A stretch of 64,000 bases of DNA. Origin: Anthoceros angustus (lineage: Eukaryota; Plantae; Anthocerotophyta). Shown in pieces: positions 1 through 12,599 of the stretch. The stretch is from contig MU008231.1 in assembly GCA_010909165.1 (NCBI GenBank), positions 20,995-84,994 on the forward strand. Reading direction: 5' to 3'. Made by a program: the position numbers and the translations under genes. The notes below the pieces were generated by a model. It was not told the DNA's origin. It searched no databases and was given only the letters and a program-made list of their open reading frames with translations. Each line of letters starts with the position of its first letter. Positions within the stretch are counted from its first letter, which is position 1.

Positions 1-619
1 AATCAAGCCAAGTGGTCGAAAATTACGTTTTCAATCAGTATAATTATACTCAATTTCCTAAATAAGGTGAGTATCATTTCTAAGTATTTGCTATGATTAT
101 TTCCAGTGTTTTCTAGTATCGGCCTAATCACGGTTTGTGTCTTTGTTTCGTTTTGTTTTGTAGGTTCCATTGTTGTTGAAGTAGAGTTCAATCTAGCGAG
201 TTCAATCTATCGGTATTTACTCTTCATTAGTTGAATTTGTATTTCATGCCATTACGGATATCAGAAACTCGCAAAGAAAAGGTTTCTTTGTTGGTTTTGT
301 ATATCACGGATCCGCATGAATATTATTTAACGAAAATGTTTTTGTCGATTAGCGATTTTGGTGGGATTTCTAGAATGAGCTTCTAGACCGGTGGTATTCA
401 CTTGGTCATGTTTTCTACTCTAGTGCTCTATTTTCTACCTTGATGGTAGATGATTTTACCCACTTGTATGGTTCATTGTTTTTGTACCTTGATGGTAGAT
501 GATTTTCTACTATCTTGTAATGAATTTTACTCTGGGTAAAATAATGACCAAAAGGTCAATTTTCTCTCTCTAAAATTTACACTACCCGAAAAAAAAACCG
601 GTGGGCGTCGAGGCCCAGG

Positions 620-2479
620 CGAGGCCGCGACTTTACGTCAAAGTTCTTCACGCGACTGTACACTCTAATCCATTGCGGGTCGAGACGAAGGCTCAGTGCT
701 TGAGCGGATCGACAATATGGCGTACACACTCATCCTTCATGGCATGCGTGAAAACAAGCGCTCCCGCACATTTCTTTTGGCTGGTGTGGTTGGCATCTTC
801 CTCCATCGACAGATACAAGAAGAGCAAGTCTTGATTGGGTCGTTGTTGCACTGTCCAACTTCTCATTGTAATGTCAAATGGTGAGATCATCTTGTACATT
901 TGGTGGATCAAGTCAATATCGGACCGCTTGTAAGGACTCTGGAAAGATGCCTTGGTCGGAGGGGATGCTCTTGTGGAAGGACCCGCATCAGGTGGTGCAG
1001 TCTGAGTTGTCCTTGGAGTCAGGGATGCGGGCTCACGCCTGTTCAAGGCACATGTGAGTACCCTTAGTCTAGCCTTTTTTCTCCCGGAGCGTCACGATTT
1101 GTTGGAGTCCATCTTCCGCCTTGGAGAGCCATTACATGCAACTATGAAAGTGAGAACACAGTGTTTAGATTGATACTGCATGAGCGCAACTTCTCAAAAC
1201 ACGGGGTTGATCGTATGCGAGTTGGCGTTGATGCTCATGCGACTAGCCCTGCAGTCGAGAGCAACATAATTGCGTTCTTTGATGAGTCGAGGTCTTTGTT
1301 ATGCACTGTCGGCCTACCATTGGACAAAGTGCGGGTGAGTGTGAGAACGACCCGTTTTCTCGGTCAGCGGCAATCTCTTGCATTTCCAACACATAAGCTA
1401 GAGGAAATACATCTTCCCATAAGCGAATGAATCTACCAAGTAGAAAGAAAAGGTGGGTGTGCCTTCATGAAGGAAGACCGAGCAAGGCAGCTCTGTAATC
1501 AAGCAACTCCTTAAATGCTTTGTCGCCGGCGTCCGTGTTTTGCCTTTGTCCCGGCTAATGTGGCAAATGTTATATTGAGCATATTCTAAGGTATATGCTA
1601 GTTATGCCACGGCTAAAATAGTGTTCAGTACTGGGAGTCGTCCAAGAGCTAATGTGGACCGTGGTCCCGGATCTTTGTTTGGTGATTGTGATGCCATCCA
1701 GTTGGAGTTGCCTGAGATGATGCCTCGCGACATCCGGCCAAAAGGTGAGGATTTGCGGTAACGAACAGACCTGCTAAGCGTAAAGTACCTCCGCCAAAGC
1801 TAGAATGGATTTGGTCTTAGAGAAGCATTGTTCCAGGCTGTTTACCGAAGCATTGTTGTGACAAAAATGTTGTGTTGGCCATTCCAAATTGAAGATGATT
1901 CGTAGCATTCTTCCATGACAAAAGGAGAGCAGGAACAACATTTGCAAGACCATCCGATGGATCAAGATAAGAGGAGCATGCCCATAGTATGGATAAACCT
2001 GATTCCACATGGGAAGAAACAGGTGTGTGTGAGGGCTTTCTGTCGGGTTTTCTGCATCGGGTCACTAAGATACAAGAATGCGCAGACGAGGGTAGTAAAA
2101 AATGTTAGATGGACCATAGGCTACGGTCTCATCATCATATCCAAAAAAAAGCATGTCCCAGAAAACCATGTACGTTATTGCGGGTTTTGAAGAAATTTGG
2201 CATCCACTTTTCGGCTGGACAAAAGAACGTGGCCAAAAAATTATTGTCTTTGAATTCATTCCTCCAAAACTTCGTAAAAGTGTGGGGACCGAATCGTGGA
2301 TGCGTTTGAACATTTGTCGACAGGTCTTATCATGTGTTGTCCTAAAAAATAAGGTCCATCGAATAGAGACACTTTTGGCCGATTTGGAACATAATCGCAA
2401 ATTGTGTTGTATCATTTTGTGTGCCCATACTCGCACTTGGTTGTTTATGTCCATGGGGAACACACAACCTATCCACTGA
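620..2479 (+). pseudogene. Frameshifted ParB-like domain + beta-class N6A/N4C DNA methyltransferase-like gene (unit 1)
   Basis: Stitched by eye. ParB-like start NPLRV-RDEGSVLERIDNM (~668-720). gac cat ccg (t)at gga = DHP(Y)G at 1948-1961, a motif IV-like sequence. KNVAKKLLSLNSFLQNFVK then CGDRIVDAF at 2281-2307, the motif I lead-in, followed by KNKVHRIE. Order matches unit 2. Confidence 0.55.
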
Positions 2480-2599
2480 GAAGTGCGCCACCGGCGATAC
2501 CTTCCCACACCAAAGACTAGTAGGAGTCCATGGTCAATCGAAAACTAACTAATCAACTCCATGAACCATGTTCATCAAGTGTTTCAATGTCCTCGCCTC

Positions 2600-4805
2600 G
2601 ATGCAACATCTTCGCAACGCCATCATCCGCAGTCCTTCCTTCCATATGTTCCGAGCTTCCTCCCCGCAGAGCGCAAAACGTACATGTTTTCCGTATTATG
2701 GTTCGGTCCTTGCATTTAGTTGCTTCGCTTTGTTAGAGAAAACCCGTATGCCAAGATGAATGTGTCCGCAAGAAGCAATTTGTCGACGTGTTTCCGCAAC
2801 CTCATGCTCCGTCTGAGAGCGACCCCACGATCGCCGCTGGTGGCTGATCGTAAAATCATCTCCTCTAGGTACCGCCTTCAAATGCGCTGCATTTAGTCAC
2901 CCACCAATGGACTTTAATGAATGGGGCGCCACATTGAAGTCCACCAGAGAACTTTTGCGAGCCGAATGGTCGATTGTCGATCTGCCACAAGGCACCGCAA
3001 TCATGTGACTGTTTGTATCTCCAACACATCGCCGCTTCAAGCTTTCTTGTTCCGCCGCGCATCATCCCGCACGCTCCAACATACATGTCCACGGGCACTT
3101 GCGAACGATTGATGCTGTAAAATCTCACCTGTACAACCAACAGGCGATGCAACTCTTCATTATGTGTTCTATCGCATTGCCAAGGGGTCTTCAATCAAGA
3201 TGCTCACATGCTATCTTGTCCACGATGGTGATTGCTCACCTAATTCCTCCCACCAAATATCCTCACCGCGCCCAAATGGGTCCCGAGTTTTCCTCTAGTT
3301 TCCCACGCATTGCGCAAGACTTCTTTCGGATCTCTCCTCTCGCAACCGCTTTTTACTGGACCTCCAAATGAACCAAACGACTTGAATAGGAGTAGATGGG
3401 ACATTATTCAAAACTCCAAACCCTCGTCCGGTGACCAGATTCACTGGAATATTGTTTGCCCCTCATCAGAATAAGTCCGCTCACCTCGCTTTCTCGGGTT
3501 ATTTTGAACCGATGTCGAAAAGATATATTGTGCAACTGCTTTCACCGCAAGAACTTTTATAGCCACCTTACCATAAGGTATTGGCCACACAAACTTTAAG
3601 TCCGAACTTCTTTCACCTCCATAATTTTGGTTTGGGCGATATGCATTCTCCAAAATACCGCTTTGGGCAACGTAAAGCTTCCTTCGCAAGCACTGAAAAC
3701 CTCGAAAACATCCGTCAACTGGTCATGAGTGTGCCCAACCGGAGGAATCCTACTTTTACCTTCTCAAAACCTTAAGCTCTACCAACATATTCGTGCGAAT
3801 AGCGGCATTCTTATTCTCCCGCAAGATTGTCGAGTTGAAGATAAAGAACCTTTGGTAGTAGTCCTCGTAATTTGAAATGACATGCGGATATTGGCTATAG
3901 TCGTTTGCATCGTTCGGATGTTCCGTATGCCATGAAGAGTTCCGACATGGTGTAGTTATAAATCATGCACCCCACAACATGGACGCCGATCAAACCTACA
4001 TCCGACAGTCCTTGGGTAAACGCGTGAAATGTGGAAGCTGGTCTTCGTTGGTCCATCCTGGCCGATGGATATCCCGATATACTTTGCCGGGTCTCCATAA
4101 CATTTCACGCTTGATGCATTTTCTCTCTCGACTTGAGTGTGCCGCCTCGATCGCCTTCAAATGCTTCGCAAAATAATCACCCAAACAACGTTGAGGAATA
4201 AACCGCCTGGAAGGAATACCAACGAATACCGAGGCGCACCGCGACTTCACAACCACGCCTCCGGCCGCAGCAGACAGGCGCCCGAGATTATCGCCGAGGC
4301 GCCCGACCGACACGCGCCGCACGCCGCACCATCCCCCTCGCATTGCCAAAACACAATTTCACATCAAGCCTCACCTTGTTTTCTCTGTTTTCTCGCTCTT
4401 TATATTTCGTTTGAGGTAATCGCAGTTGTGCACAAGGCAAACCGATTGCTCTTGAATTTTCACCTTGTGAAGTGCGAGCCCAAAGTGACAAAAGTAGGAA
4501 TGAGAAACATCAGATCAAAGCGCACGCATATGTTGCTTGTATTCTTGAAACACCTCGCCTTTTGAGTAAGAGTCGGAAGGTGATACACTTCAATGTTTGG
4601 CATTCTCTCGGCAATAAGCATAAGCAGTTGGTTCATCCACGCCAGAGTCAAGCCGATCTTGGCCGCCTCACGCGTATGGGCATCACGCAATGTTTCCGAC
4701 CGCCTCGCCGCTTCTTCGCACTGCCAGACCCGATACAAACGCGGCCTCAAGGCCTCTACAACAATACACTTTTCCTCGTCCGACAAGAAACGAGTCTACT
4801 CCTAA
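2600..4805 (-). pseudogene. Sola-like DDD DNA transposase, 3' part (unit 1), interrupted at 4805 by LTR element B
   Basis: Minus strand, stitched: GISI-DGMDQ..QLPHFTRLPKD (~4070-4010); LPKVLYLQLDNLAGENKN..MLVELKVFEKVKVGFL-VGHTHDQ (~3860-3715). C-terminal GAPFIKVHWW and LAYGFSLTK match the unit 2 transposase (VPFMIVHWW, LAYDFALTR). Confidence 0.75.
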
Positions 4806-7800
4806 TGTGGTAGGGAGAACCGGGCACTCCCTGTGTCCTCCCACTATAGCGGCCACACTTATCCCACTGCCGCCAGACGCTGGGTTTCCCCATGAGACTT
4901 GTGTGAAAGTTCGAGGTCTTGTGATGCCCGATCGCTACCTGCGTGACACACTTCTCGGCCTTCTCAACAGCAAGGCGCCTCTACTCTCCCTCTCACTGCA
5001 CCACTTGCCTGCTGATCGCCAACCCTCGACCCAACGACACAAAACAATTGGTCCTCGCCAAGAGGAGCCTACCACGGCGCCTGTGGACCCCGATTCACAC
5101 CGCGATTTCGTCCCTACTTCTAAGACCAAACTTCACCTACAACGACACAACACAATTGGTGTGTCCCGCCAAGAAGAAGAAGCCTACCACGGCGCCAGGA
5201 CCCCCGGTTCACACCGCGATTTCGTCCCTACTTAAGACCAAACTCACCCACAACGACACAACACACCAGGTGTCCCGGCCAAAGGAGCCTACCACGGCGC
5301 CTGTGGACCCCCGGTTCACACCGCGATTCGTCCCTACTTAAGACCACTCTCTCCACCTGTGGAGCGCTTTACTTGCAGATTTGGGATCTGGCCCTTAGGC
5401 TCGTGGCCTTCCACTAACACCTACACCTCTAATCCTCTACTCATCTTCTCATCTCCTCATCCTCTTCCTCCTAGTCTAACCTCGATCGCTTCGACCGCCT
5501 CTGCAACCGCCTGGGTCCGCCTCCACCAGCAAGTTCTTCCTTGGGCGGCTATGAGTTTGACACAGACAATGAGAACCTCCGTGGAGTCTTTCCTGTAGTC
5601 TACCCTCAAGCCGAGAGTTCTCGGGCATTTGCCACACACCCAAAGCAAAGCAATTTCACAGCCATTCACAAGGGAGCAACTCGTTTAGGCACTTGCATGA
5701 GCAAGTCCTCCACCAAGCACTCACCACCGCGACTTCCTCTCTACCACATGTGTTGGCTCACACGACGAAATTCCTCTGAATGGCAAAGGACTCTGAGCGG
5801 AAGCGCAAGACATGATACTTTACTTTGTGAAATCCTCCTCCTCTTATAGGAGGCCTTCCACATACAACCTCCCTTGGGTGACCCGCCGCAGTCACCTTTT
5901 CCAATATTCTATTATTTCCTACCAAGATTTAAGGCTGGCATCTAAGTCTATGTCGATCCTAGGTAAATTCTATTCTAGCAACTTCACCTATGGCCACTCT
6001 TTAATGTTGCCAACCTACACCACCTATCCTTCCCATTCCCCAAAGCTCATTTATGGTCATTGACAATTCTAGTCCTTATCTTGCAGGGTGGCGTTCCCTT
6101 CCGTTGGTCTTCTCATCCCCTTTTGCTGGTCTTCCCGCCCCTCCTCGACTTTTGGGGCACCACCTTCCGCCCTTCCGACCTTCTTCTCTCCGGGCGGCGC
6201 CCGATTCCTCTTGCCATCCAGGCAATCGCGCCCCTTCCGCGCACTCGAATGGCCCATCTTCTAGCCTCCACTGACGGCGCGCTCCTTCAAAGGGCACCCT
6301 ACCGCGGTAGTCTGGCAGACTACCGGGGTAGGCTGACTACCTACCATGGTAGTCTGGTCCCTATCTCCTTCCCTCTTCCTCATCGGTGATGGTCCCTGGG
6401 GTTGAGATCCTTTTTGCTCCTTTCCTATTGTTTGATTTGTCCATACCTATCATGGAGCATGTCTTCAAAGGTTCCTCCCCCCATTTGCTGACCGATGTTG
6501 TCACCTCGCTAATTCCTCCGGGCCTTCTTTGCGTTGGTCTCCTCTCTTGGCCCTGGCTCCTCCCTTATCCGTGGGGTGAGGGAATTTCTTACCCTCCCTT
6601 CCTACGGTCGGACCATACCCGTCTTCCACCGGCATTGCTCTCAACCACCTTATCTCCTCTCGGGGGGTCATGCCGACCCCGCCCTTCATCCTCAATCGGG
6701 CCTTCGTGGCTGGCTCCCCTCCCACGCTCAGGGTCGCACCGCGTAGTCGCGACTACCGGCGAGTGGACTACGGTGAGTCGGCAGACTACGTGGTAGGTGG
6801 TCACTCACCGTAGGGTGACCCACCTTGCTCTGCGCCATCTCCTTCCTTGGCCCGAGGACTCATCCTCCTCCTTCACTTGTGGAACAAGTGACCTCCTTGC
6901 TCTGCACTTATGTTGGTAGGTTGAGCTCCTCTTTGTGATTTTCATTCTCCTAGGGAGACAACCTCCTCCTTAACATCTCTGTGGGGCCAAAGTCGCCTCT
7001 ACCATCGCCTCCCTCAATAGCACTTGCATCCATTGCCTCCTTGACGACCCTGCACGTGGTCTGCACGCGCCAGGCTGCCTCAGCTGGCGCCTCCCTATGG
7101 TGAGTTGCCTTCTTCCTCCTGTTCCTTATGGCACTATGGGCTCCTCTCTCGCCATTTCTTCTCCAAACTCCTCGGAGTCCATATCGCTTGTGACCTCATC
7201 AAAATCTAAGGCCCCGGCTTAATGCATGAGGGCCTCCCTATCATCATCGTGTGGCCCAAGCATCCTCCTCTTCACAATTATTGTAGGCCTCCACACACAC
7301 CATGCCATCGCCCAATATTTTTGGCAATGGGTTTACACTCAAACTACCACCATGCGCTTCATGAGTTGGGGTTTCTTGGCCTTGAAACCCTTCACGGCAT
7401 CCACACCCTCCTCGAACCAGCCTCATCCTTGCCTTGGCTCTTAGCAATCCCATGAGGAGAACAAACACCAAGCTAAGCACCAAGAACACTAAGGACGTCC
7501 CCTCTTAGAAGAAATTCACTCTCAAAACCAAGCCAAGGCACACCAAGACCCAAGAAATTGATGCCACAAGAAAAGAGAACACCAAGAGGAGATGGGCATC
7601 ACTCTTAAGAAGGCACACACAGGCGCACACAAGCTCTAGCTCCCCTCTGCACTTTTAGACAGGCTCCGGTCTTCTCATGCGACAATTATAGCAGAGCTCC
7701 TAAATTGCAGCCATAGATTTGAGTGGTTTTGCAAGCATGTGGCCATATCCCATCCATTATTTCACACCAGCCATAACCTCTAATTTCTATCGTAGCCATC

Positions 7801-9975
7801 AATCCCCACCATGAATCTAAGGATCCTTTCCATCCATCTTGCACAAATTCAAGACCCTAGTTGGTTTGCACCAAGAAGGCTCTTAAGTCATCAATCCTTC
7901 ATCTTGTGCAAGAGCAACATTCCCCATCTCCTTGGCCCTAGGCTCCCATAGAGACCATCCTACCCATCAAAACCCAAGGAAAAGCTCAATCCTCAGCCTC
8001 CAACCAGGCCGTCACCTGCAACTCCCTACTAAGAACTTTCCCAATCAGCTCTGTGTCTTTTGCAAATATAAGCTCATACTCCTCACAAAGGCACCCCATC
8101 CGATCTGATCCGCCCAAGGACGCTTAACTCGAGTTCTTATATCCACATATCCAACACACCAAGTTCCCTTCATGCATTTTGCCATACATTTTTCATTATT
8201 GAACTCCTCACCAAGCTCCTTCTCCACATTTCTCCTTAGCGAACTCCTTGACCAACTCTCGAATCAGCCTACCTTGCTGCCCAATTCTCCTCGCGGCCAC
8301 CACAACGACCTCCCTTCACACCTACTTGCAGCCCACAATTTTGCCTTCATGATGCACACCCCATTGCGATTCCTTCACCATATTGCAGCCCATCCGCACA
8401 CTGGCTGTGCCACCTCCATCTGCAGCCCACTGCAAATTCAGCTTGCCATGAGCTCTACCATCTCCTAGTTCGACACGGCCCTATCATGCCATCCTCACAT
8501 CATTACTCCACCGCAAGTACTTCCACCTTCGCACCGCCATGGCCTCCTCTTGCAAATGACTAGCATTTGGTGCACCATAACTCCGCTTCTATCTTCTTCA
8601 TCCTTCGCCTTGTGGCCTTCACCGCGCAACATGTGCTAGGCACTCTCAATTCCCTTCCTGCCGAGTGCACCTACCAACGAGGCTGCCTACCTACCTGGTC
8701 TTTGGGTACCCAGGCTATAGTGGGTACCCCACTCACCCTTGTACGTGTTGTTCCTATCACGGTAGGGTGTGCACCTACCATGGTAGGCGTCTCCCTATAC
8801 ACCATTTGGCCCTATCCGGCTGCATCTCTTGAGCTCCTCTCTGGGGCTCGCTCATGGAGGTTTCCTCCTCCTCGGCAACCCCTCGGGTTCTACCACGCTT
8901 CCTCCTCTTCCTTGAGTCCTCCAGCCTTGATGCCGCAGCTTGACGATGCTTGTCCTCAGTGTCTTCTTCAACATAAAGGCAATGGTCTTTCCATGCTTGG
9001 CACGAGATGGACAATCTCGAATGGATGCCAAGAACCTTCCAGCTCCTTGCAATTTCCACACACACCGGCCTTGACCTCGCCCTTGCTCACAATTCCCTAG
9101 CTCTTATACCCTTGCTTTTCCATACGAGTTTCCAATTCTGTGATTTGAAAGAAGGAATTCTCTAAGGGCGTTCACGATTCTTACATCTTCTCCAGCAAGT
9201 TGAGAGTCCCTTCTCGCAATTTCTCTTCAATTTTGACATGCCTTGCTCTTCCCAACACTCCTTTGGGCTTGGGCAAGCATTGCCTTCTTCCTTCCACCCG
9301 GCCCTTTCCTTCCTTCTTCTTCTCTTGTTGCACCCCTTCTCTATTTTCCTCCGCACAGCTTGCATATCTATCCATGGGGCTCTTCTCTGACTCTTGGTGT
9401 GGCGGCGCCTTCTGCAGTGTTGGCGCTTCCTCACCTTCAAGTTGTGACCTCCTACACATTATAAAGATAACTTGGGGTTAGGAATGGTAACTACCAATCT
9501 ACTCGCCTTGGATATGCACCACGTGGCACCTTTTCTACCGTTGATTGGAGTTTCCCAATTCCTCTTATACTAAGATACTATTTTCCCCCTAGTTTCCTAA
9601 TGGCCCAATCTAGCTTTTAATTTCCTATTCTGACCCATTTATCTAGTCCACTATTGGTGGGCATATATAGTGGATATCTCCCTATCCTAATTTCCCTTTT
9701 GTCCGAGATCTCGTCCACCACCGTGGTAGTCCGCCCCTTCTCACCTACGTAGTGTGACCTACGTAGTCCACCTACCCTTCTGCCTTCCACGCGCGTGTTT
9801 TGACCCGTTCTTCTTCTCGGATATCCTCTTCGCCTTCCTAACAATATCCTACAACTCCAGCTTCAAGATTCTCGAAAATTTTCTGCATGCTCCTCTTCAA
9901 TCGTTCCTAGCCAAAAAAAATCAAACTTGTTCGTCTTGGGCTCTTTTGGGCTGGTTGCCCAAACTTTGCTCCACA
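4806..9975 (-). repeat. 3' LTR of element B (5170 bp)
   Basis: Colinear with 14932-21777. Bounded by TGTGG (4806) and CCACA (9971-9975), with the PPT adjacent. Confidence 0.9.
5055..5345. repeat. Tandem subrepeats inside LTR B (gagcctaccacggcgcc...cacaccgcgatttcgtccctact)
   Basis: Three imperfect copies here, with further copies at ~15230-15370, 16085-16265, 16955-17145 and ~53815-53890. Confidence 0.85.
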
Positions 9976-9988
9976 TACTCCCCACCTC
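9976..9988 (-). promoter_or_regulatory. Polypurine tract of element B
   Basis: Reverse complement GAGGTGGGGAGTA directly precedes TGTGG of the 3' LTR. It ends the same way as the element A PPT. Confidence 0.8.
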
Positions 9989-9989
9989 A

Positions 9990-10870
9990 CTGTTTGCGTC
10001 CTCAAACAACAGTACCTCGGGTTGAAGGTACTTCTTAACCTTCCACCCATTCACCCTGGTTGGCAGGAAGTCCCCGTCCAGGACTTGCAATTGAGCGGAT
10101 CCATTCACATATACTACCACCACCTGAGAAGGTTCCATCCACCTCAACCTAAGCTTCCCTGGGAAGTCCATATAACGGCTATCATATAGAAGAACTAAAT
10201 CCCCGGCCACGATAGCCTCTTGTTTCCTCAACTTCCCATCATGCCTATCCTTTCGGATTTCTTGAATTCGCTGGGTTTCTTCTAAAGCTTCCTCCCTATG
10301 CTCCTCCTGCTCTATGAAAGATTCTAGCCTAGCTACCCGGCTATCCTCTACGTTCATCCTCCATAATCCTTTAAGTAGGTACTTCAAATTCCACGGGCAT
10401 CACAGGAGACATGCCATATGTTAAATAATATGGAGTCTTCTTTGTTGTCACCTTCTCCACTGTCCAATCTATGATGTTCTAAGAGAAACTTGCCACTAGG
10501 GTGCATCATCCTTCCTTGTTGCTTGACCTCCACCATCTTTGTGCAATAGTCCATTGCCACCAAGATATATTGTTTCCTTGTCCATTTTTGTGGGTGGCTT
10601 GATTGGACCCACAAAGTCTAAGCCCACTTCTCAAATGGTGCCAATAGATTAAGAGGCCCTTGTATCGAAAAGTCGGACTCCCAACCCGCTGGCATGCATC
10701 ACATAATTCCGACCAACATCCCACACATCTCCCTGCATCGTAGCCCACCAAAAGCCTGCATCCAGGATCTGTTTCACCATGATTTGCACCAAGTAATGCT
10801 CTCCAGCCTCTTTTGCATGCAGAGCTTCTGTGACAAGCGAAGCTTCCTTCGCTTCCAAACAACGTCAAAT
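9990..10870 (-). pseudogene. Gypsy integrase (zinc finger, core, GPY/F-like tail), frameshifted
   Basis: HAKEAGEHY..KQILDAGFWWATM..CDACQRVGSP; KQYILVAMDYCTKMVEV; GDLVLLYDSRYMDFPGKLRLRWMEPSQV. Confidence 0.85.
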
Positions 10871-12599
10871 TTTCTCATCCGGACCAAGCTTGTATAAGAC
10901 TCCCTTTCGTAGATATTAGGATGCGGTTTTGTGAAGAAAAACAGCACGCCCTTCCCTAGACAAACTGTCAAGCATGATTCCGTGATCCAAGAAATTTCGT
11001 ACCACCTCAACAAATAAGGTGGACATGGGAGTCCTTCACGTTCATCCTCCTCTTCCCATGCACACCTCGCGTTTCCCTCTAGCTTGTTCACCAGTGGATG
11101 TCGGTGCTGTGGCCACAGCCCGCCTTCAACTCGATTCACAAAACTAGCTTCTCCTGCGGCGTCAATCTGCAGTATCGTGCGCAGGCCGTCAATTGCATCT
11201 ATTGGCAACTTCGCCACCCCTTTCATCTCTATGCTCCCTACTCTCATGACTAGCCCTAGATCACGCTCTAGTAGCGACCTCCTCACCTTGCTGCAGTTTC
11301 TTGGCAGCAATTTCTCTAGTCGACCAAGAATCGGTCGATGCTCCTCCTTGCAATTCCACTGCAAGCACACCTTGAGGTGTGATTTCTCCACAATCCTCCT
11401 TCATACACGTCACCATAGAGCCATCCTCGCTCCTAGGCTCCAGTGCACACACCTTCTCAGCACACCATTTTTGTGTGCCACCTCTCCTTCCTCCAAATTG
11501 CGATTTCTTCGCAATTTCTCCATCGCTCCTTGCCACCATCATGGCCTCCGCTTGCAGCCCTCCTGACTGCTCACCCTTAGAGAGCACTCCTCGTTCTCCT
11601 CGTACACATGTTGCCACTTCTTTGCTTCATCTCGAACTCTTAGATTGACCTCCTGCAGCAAACCCTGCACAAAACCCCTTCCATGGACACTTGGCCCTTC
11701 TACTTGCAACACCTCTTGCTGCAGCCAATCACACCTAAACTTTGCCCACGTTCCTCTCCTTCCAAGCATACCACGTTGCCTCTTGCTAGCTCGCCTACCA
11801 GCAGCCCACCGTTCCATCCATTTTCTCCTGCTTTGTCCATGCAAGTTTCTTAGCTGCCCCGTTTGCATGCTCCTCCGACAACGTTCTGATTTCTTCCATT
11901 CTTGCTGGTCTAGCCTCGTGTCTAGGTCCAGCTCGTGCTCCCATGGCGACCTCCTCGCCTTGCTGCACCTCCATGGTGAATTTTGAGTGATTGCCTGGAC
12001 CGCCAACCTCCTTCTCTGCAGCTCAAACTTTTCAAGCGCGCATCTCCTTCTTCGCCCTCTGTGTCCATCTCCCTAGGGCTTCTCCTCGCGGCCTCATGGC
12101 GCCGGCTTGACCTCGCCAAGTGGGGGCCTTCCGTCGCTCAAAAGCGGTGCTCTCATGTCCGTTTTTGCTTCTTTCTTTTGCCAACGTGTGGCCTCCACTT
12201 GCAGCCCTCCTGACTGCTCACCCTTGAGGAGAATTCCAGCCTCCTCCTTGCGCCCATGCTGGCGCCTCTTATCCTCTCTCTCGGATTTCCAGTTGTCCTG
12301 CTTTTCTGCACAACGCTCCCTTCTTGCTCATTTGGCCTCTCACTGGCAACAAGACTTGCTGATCAATTCTTAGGCCGTCTACAACATGCTCACGTCCTCC
12401 TCCTTTGACCCGCCGTGGCAACCAACTCCTCGTCGGAAATCGGTCATCGTGGCCTCAAGCCGTTTTCGATCGAAATAAGACCTTCATTCACATGTTGCTC
12501 CCCTGCAACCTCTTCAACTCTACCATCTCCTCTACACCTAGGTACTTAGAAATCCTTGCTATCTTACGGACTCTAGCTCACGTCTTCTATAGCATCATA

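Noticed and set aside
435-506. Duplicated 22-bp hairpin-like unit TACCTTGATGGTAGATGATTTT
   Set aside because: Only two copies. Too little to call an array or to link it to the LTR B motif.
580-600. CACTACCCGAAAAAAAAACCG resembling a CACTA terminal inverted repeat
   Set aside because: No matching opposite end was found in the window, and the adjacent transposase lacks recognisable CACTA/Tnp2 motifs.
5055-5345. Repeat units with variable intervening sequence, superficially CRISPR-like
   Set aside because: The intervening parts are related to each other, lengths are irregular, there are no cas genes, and the units lie inside an LTR.
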